A DNA stretch of 64,000 bases from Eledone cirrhosa (lineage: Eukaryota): the NCBI GenBank assembly GCA_964016885.1, contig OZ024758.1, forward strand, positions 23,126,001 through 23,190,000, given 5' to 3'. This document shows positions 1 to 64,000 of this stretch, piece after piece; the stretch's first letter is position 1; every line of letters begins with the position of its first letter. The notes beneath the pieces are model-generated. The model made no database searches and was not told where the DNA came from. It worked only from the letters and a program-made list of their open reading frames with translations. The position numbers and the translations under genes were made by a program.

Positions 1-302
1 TACGGAATTACAACAATATTTTCATATAAAATTTACTTTTGTATTGATAGATATAAATAATTACCCCAGTGCATTACTGGTACTTTATTTTATCGACTCC
101 GTAAGGATGAAAGGCAAAGTTAACCTCGACGGGAATTGAACTCAGAATGGCAAGGGCCGTAACTCTATACGTCAAAGCATGGCGTCCGACCCTCTACCGA
201 TACTGCCAATCTACCGATACTGCCCATTGATAGATATAAATAATGTCATCATTGTAAAAAAAAAACATATATTAGAACACTTTTAATATTTTTTCCTTTC
301 AG

Positions 303-61497
<61,195 letters not shown>

Positions 61498-62537
61498 GTA
61501 TGTTACACTAGTTCTTTTTCTTCAACTTATTCCTGAGATGGTCGTGGGGGTCAGAGTCCTCAAACACTCCTTCCATGTGCCCTGTCAGAATTAACCATCT
61601 CCAACTGATCCGGCTGGATCCCCAAGCATGGCCAGCCAAGCTCATGGAAGTTATCCAACTATCTTGCTCAGGGTCTACCTCTGGGTCTCTTGCCAGCTAG
61701 TTTTGCCTGTAAAAATCTGTCCAGTGATTCTATCCTGAGACATTCTAACCACATCCCCATAGTATCGGAACTGTGATCTCTCAATTCAGAGAAGTAGCAG
61801 CTCTACCTGGAGTGATTCTCTGATCTCTGAGCTACAAATCTGTCCAGCGATTCTATCCTGAGACATTCTAACCACATACCCATAGTATCAGAACTGTGAT
61901 CTCTCAATTCAGAGAAGTAGCAGCTCTACCTGGAGTGATTCTCTGATCTCTGAGCTACAAATCTGTCCAGCGATTCTTCCCTGAGACATTCTAGCCACAT
62001 ACCCATAGTATCGGAGCATGTAAATATTTTATTTATTTCATGTACTATAATATCAATTGGCATCAAATTGTCAGAATCATTAGAACATCAGATAAAATGC
62101 CTTGCTATTTGTTTCAACAGTTGGTTGAAACAGTAAGGAAAAAAAACTTCAGTATTTTGGTTGTGTCATCAGGGCCCAAAATTTGACTATCCACATCCTT
62201 GAGGGACAAATACAAGGGAAAAGGGCCAGAGGACAGCAGAAAAGGAGATGGACTGAAGGAGTTTGGTGGAATATACAGCAATGGCAAGAGACAGGAAAAA
62301 ATGGAGAGTGCTGGTCCGTAAGTCTAGACCCTTGACCTTTAGATATGAGGATGGGATGAGGAGAGAAGAGTATTTGTTTTGTCCCTCTGCTCTCTGAGTT
62401 CAAATCTCACCAAGGTCAATTTTGCCTTTCATCCTTTTGAGGTTGATAAAAAAAGTACCAGTCTAGTACTGGGGTCGATTCTTCCTCTATATCTCTTTCG
62501 CACTTCCATTCTCTCTATCCTTCTCAGGAAGAATTCT

Positions 62538-64000
62538 GACCTGGAGAGAAGGACTGTGTCAGCTTTTAAAAATGCCCTTCCTAATGCCAAGCTGTACTCA
62601 GACCTGGAGAGAAGGACTGTGTCAGGTTTTAAAAATGCCCTTCCTAATGCCAAGCTGTACTGAGACCTGGAGAGAAGGACTGTGTCAGGTTTTAAAAATG
62701 CCCTTCCTAATGCCAAGCTGTACTCAGACCTGGAGAGAAGGACTGTGTCAGCTTTTAAAAATGCCCTTCCTAATGCCAAGCTGTACTCTGACCTGGAGAG
62801 AAGGACTGTGTCAGCTTTTAAAAATGCCCTTCCTAATGCCAAGCTGTACTCAGACCTGGAGAGAAGGACTGTGTCAGCTTTTAAAAATGCCCTTCCTAAT
62901 GCCAAGCTGTACTCAGACCTGGAGAGAAGGACTGTGTCAGCTTTTAAAAATGCCCTTCCTAATGCCAAGCTGTACTCAGACCTGGAGAGAAGGACTGTGT
63001 CAGCTTTTAAAAATGCCCTTCCTAATGCCAAGCTGTACTCAGACCTGGAGAGAAGGACTGTGTCAGCTTTTAAAAATGCCCTTCCTAATGCCAAGCTGTA
63101 CTCAGACCTGGAGAGAACGACTGTGTCAGCTCTTAAAAATGCCCTTCCTAATGCCAAGCTGTACTCAGACCTGGAGAGAAGGACTGTGTCAGCTTTTAAA
63201 AATGCCCTTCCTAATGCCAAGCTGTACTCAGACCTGGAGAGAAGGACTGTGTCAGCTTTTAAAAATGCCCTTCCTAATGCCAAGCTGTACTCAGACCTGG
63301 AGAGAAGGACTGTGTCAGCTTTTAAAAATGCCCTTCCTAATGCCAAGCTGTACTCAGACCTGGAGAGAACGACTGTGTCAGCTCTTAAAAATGCCCTTCC
63401 TAATGCCAAGCTGTACTCAGACCTGGAGAGAACGACTGTGTCAGCTCTTAAAAATGCCCTTCCTAATGCCAAGCTGTACTCAGACCTGGAGAGAAGGACT
63501 GTGTCAGCTTTTAAAAATGCCCTTCCTAATGCCAAGCTGTACTCAGACCTGGAGAGAAGGACTGTGTCAGCTTTTAAAAATGCCCTTCCTAATGCCAAGC
63601 TGTACTCAAACCTGGAGAGAAGGACTGTGTCAGCTTTTAAAAATGCCCTTCCTAATGCCAAGCTGTACTCAAACCTGGAGAGAAGGACTGTGTCAGCTTT
63701 TAAAAATGCCCTTCCTAATGCCAAGCTGTACTCAAACCTGGAGAGAAGGACTGTGTCAGCTTTTAAAAATGCCCTTCCTAATGCCAAGCTGTACTCAAAC
63801 CTGGAGAGAAGGACTGTGTCAGCTCTTAAAAATGCCCTTCCTAATGCCAAGCTGTACTCAGACCTGGAGAGAAGGACTGTGTCAGCTTTTAAAAATGCCC
63901 TTCCTAATGCCAAGCTGTACTCAGACCTGGAGAGAAGGACTGTGTCAGCTCTTAAAAATGCCCTTCCTAATGCCAAGCTGTACTCAGACCTGGAGAGAAG
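62538..64000. repeat. 63-bp tandem repeat, at least 23 copies, runs off the window
   Basis: gacctggagagaaggactgtgtcagcttttaaaaatgcccttcctaatgccaagctgtactca. Confidence 0.98.

Noticed and set aside
62429-63976. 515-aa minus-strand ORF
   Set aside because: Translation of a 63-bp satellite that runs into a SINE fragment

Overview
AT-rich, repeat-dense animal genomic DNA. The SINE/MITE landscape looks like an octopod cephalopod to me, but that is inference. The window lies entirely inside one large + strand gene. I traced 42 exons (303..61497) that splice into one stop-free frame of 7,399 nt (about 2,466 codons), with no start, stop, signal peptide or TM segment in view. The exons cycle strictly through four types, C(phase 0-2), D(2-1), A(1-0), B(0-0), giving about 10.5 copies of a ~230-aa amphipathic, N-sequon-rich module. 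Each module has exactly two Cys, always in exon B. About 3.6 modules (27.7-39.3 kb) form a very recent near-identical ~3.07-kb tandem array. I do not recognise the gene; an expanded ABCA-type exocytoplasmic or other lipid-binding domain is a hypothesis. The introns hold tRNA-derived SINEs, TTAA piggyBac-like MITEs, CRE-, R4- and RTE-like LINE fragments, many TE-derived minisatellites, and several Penelope-type minimal hammerhead ribozyme motifs, one intact-looking on the pre-mRNA strand.
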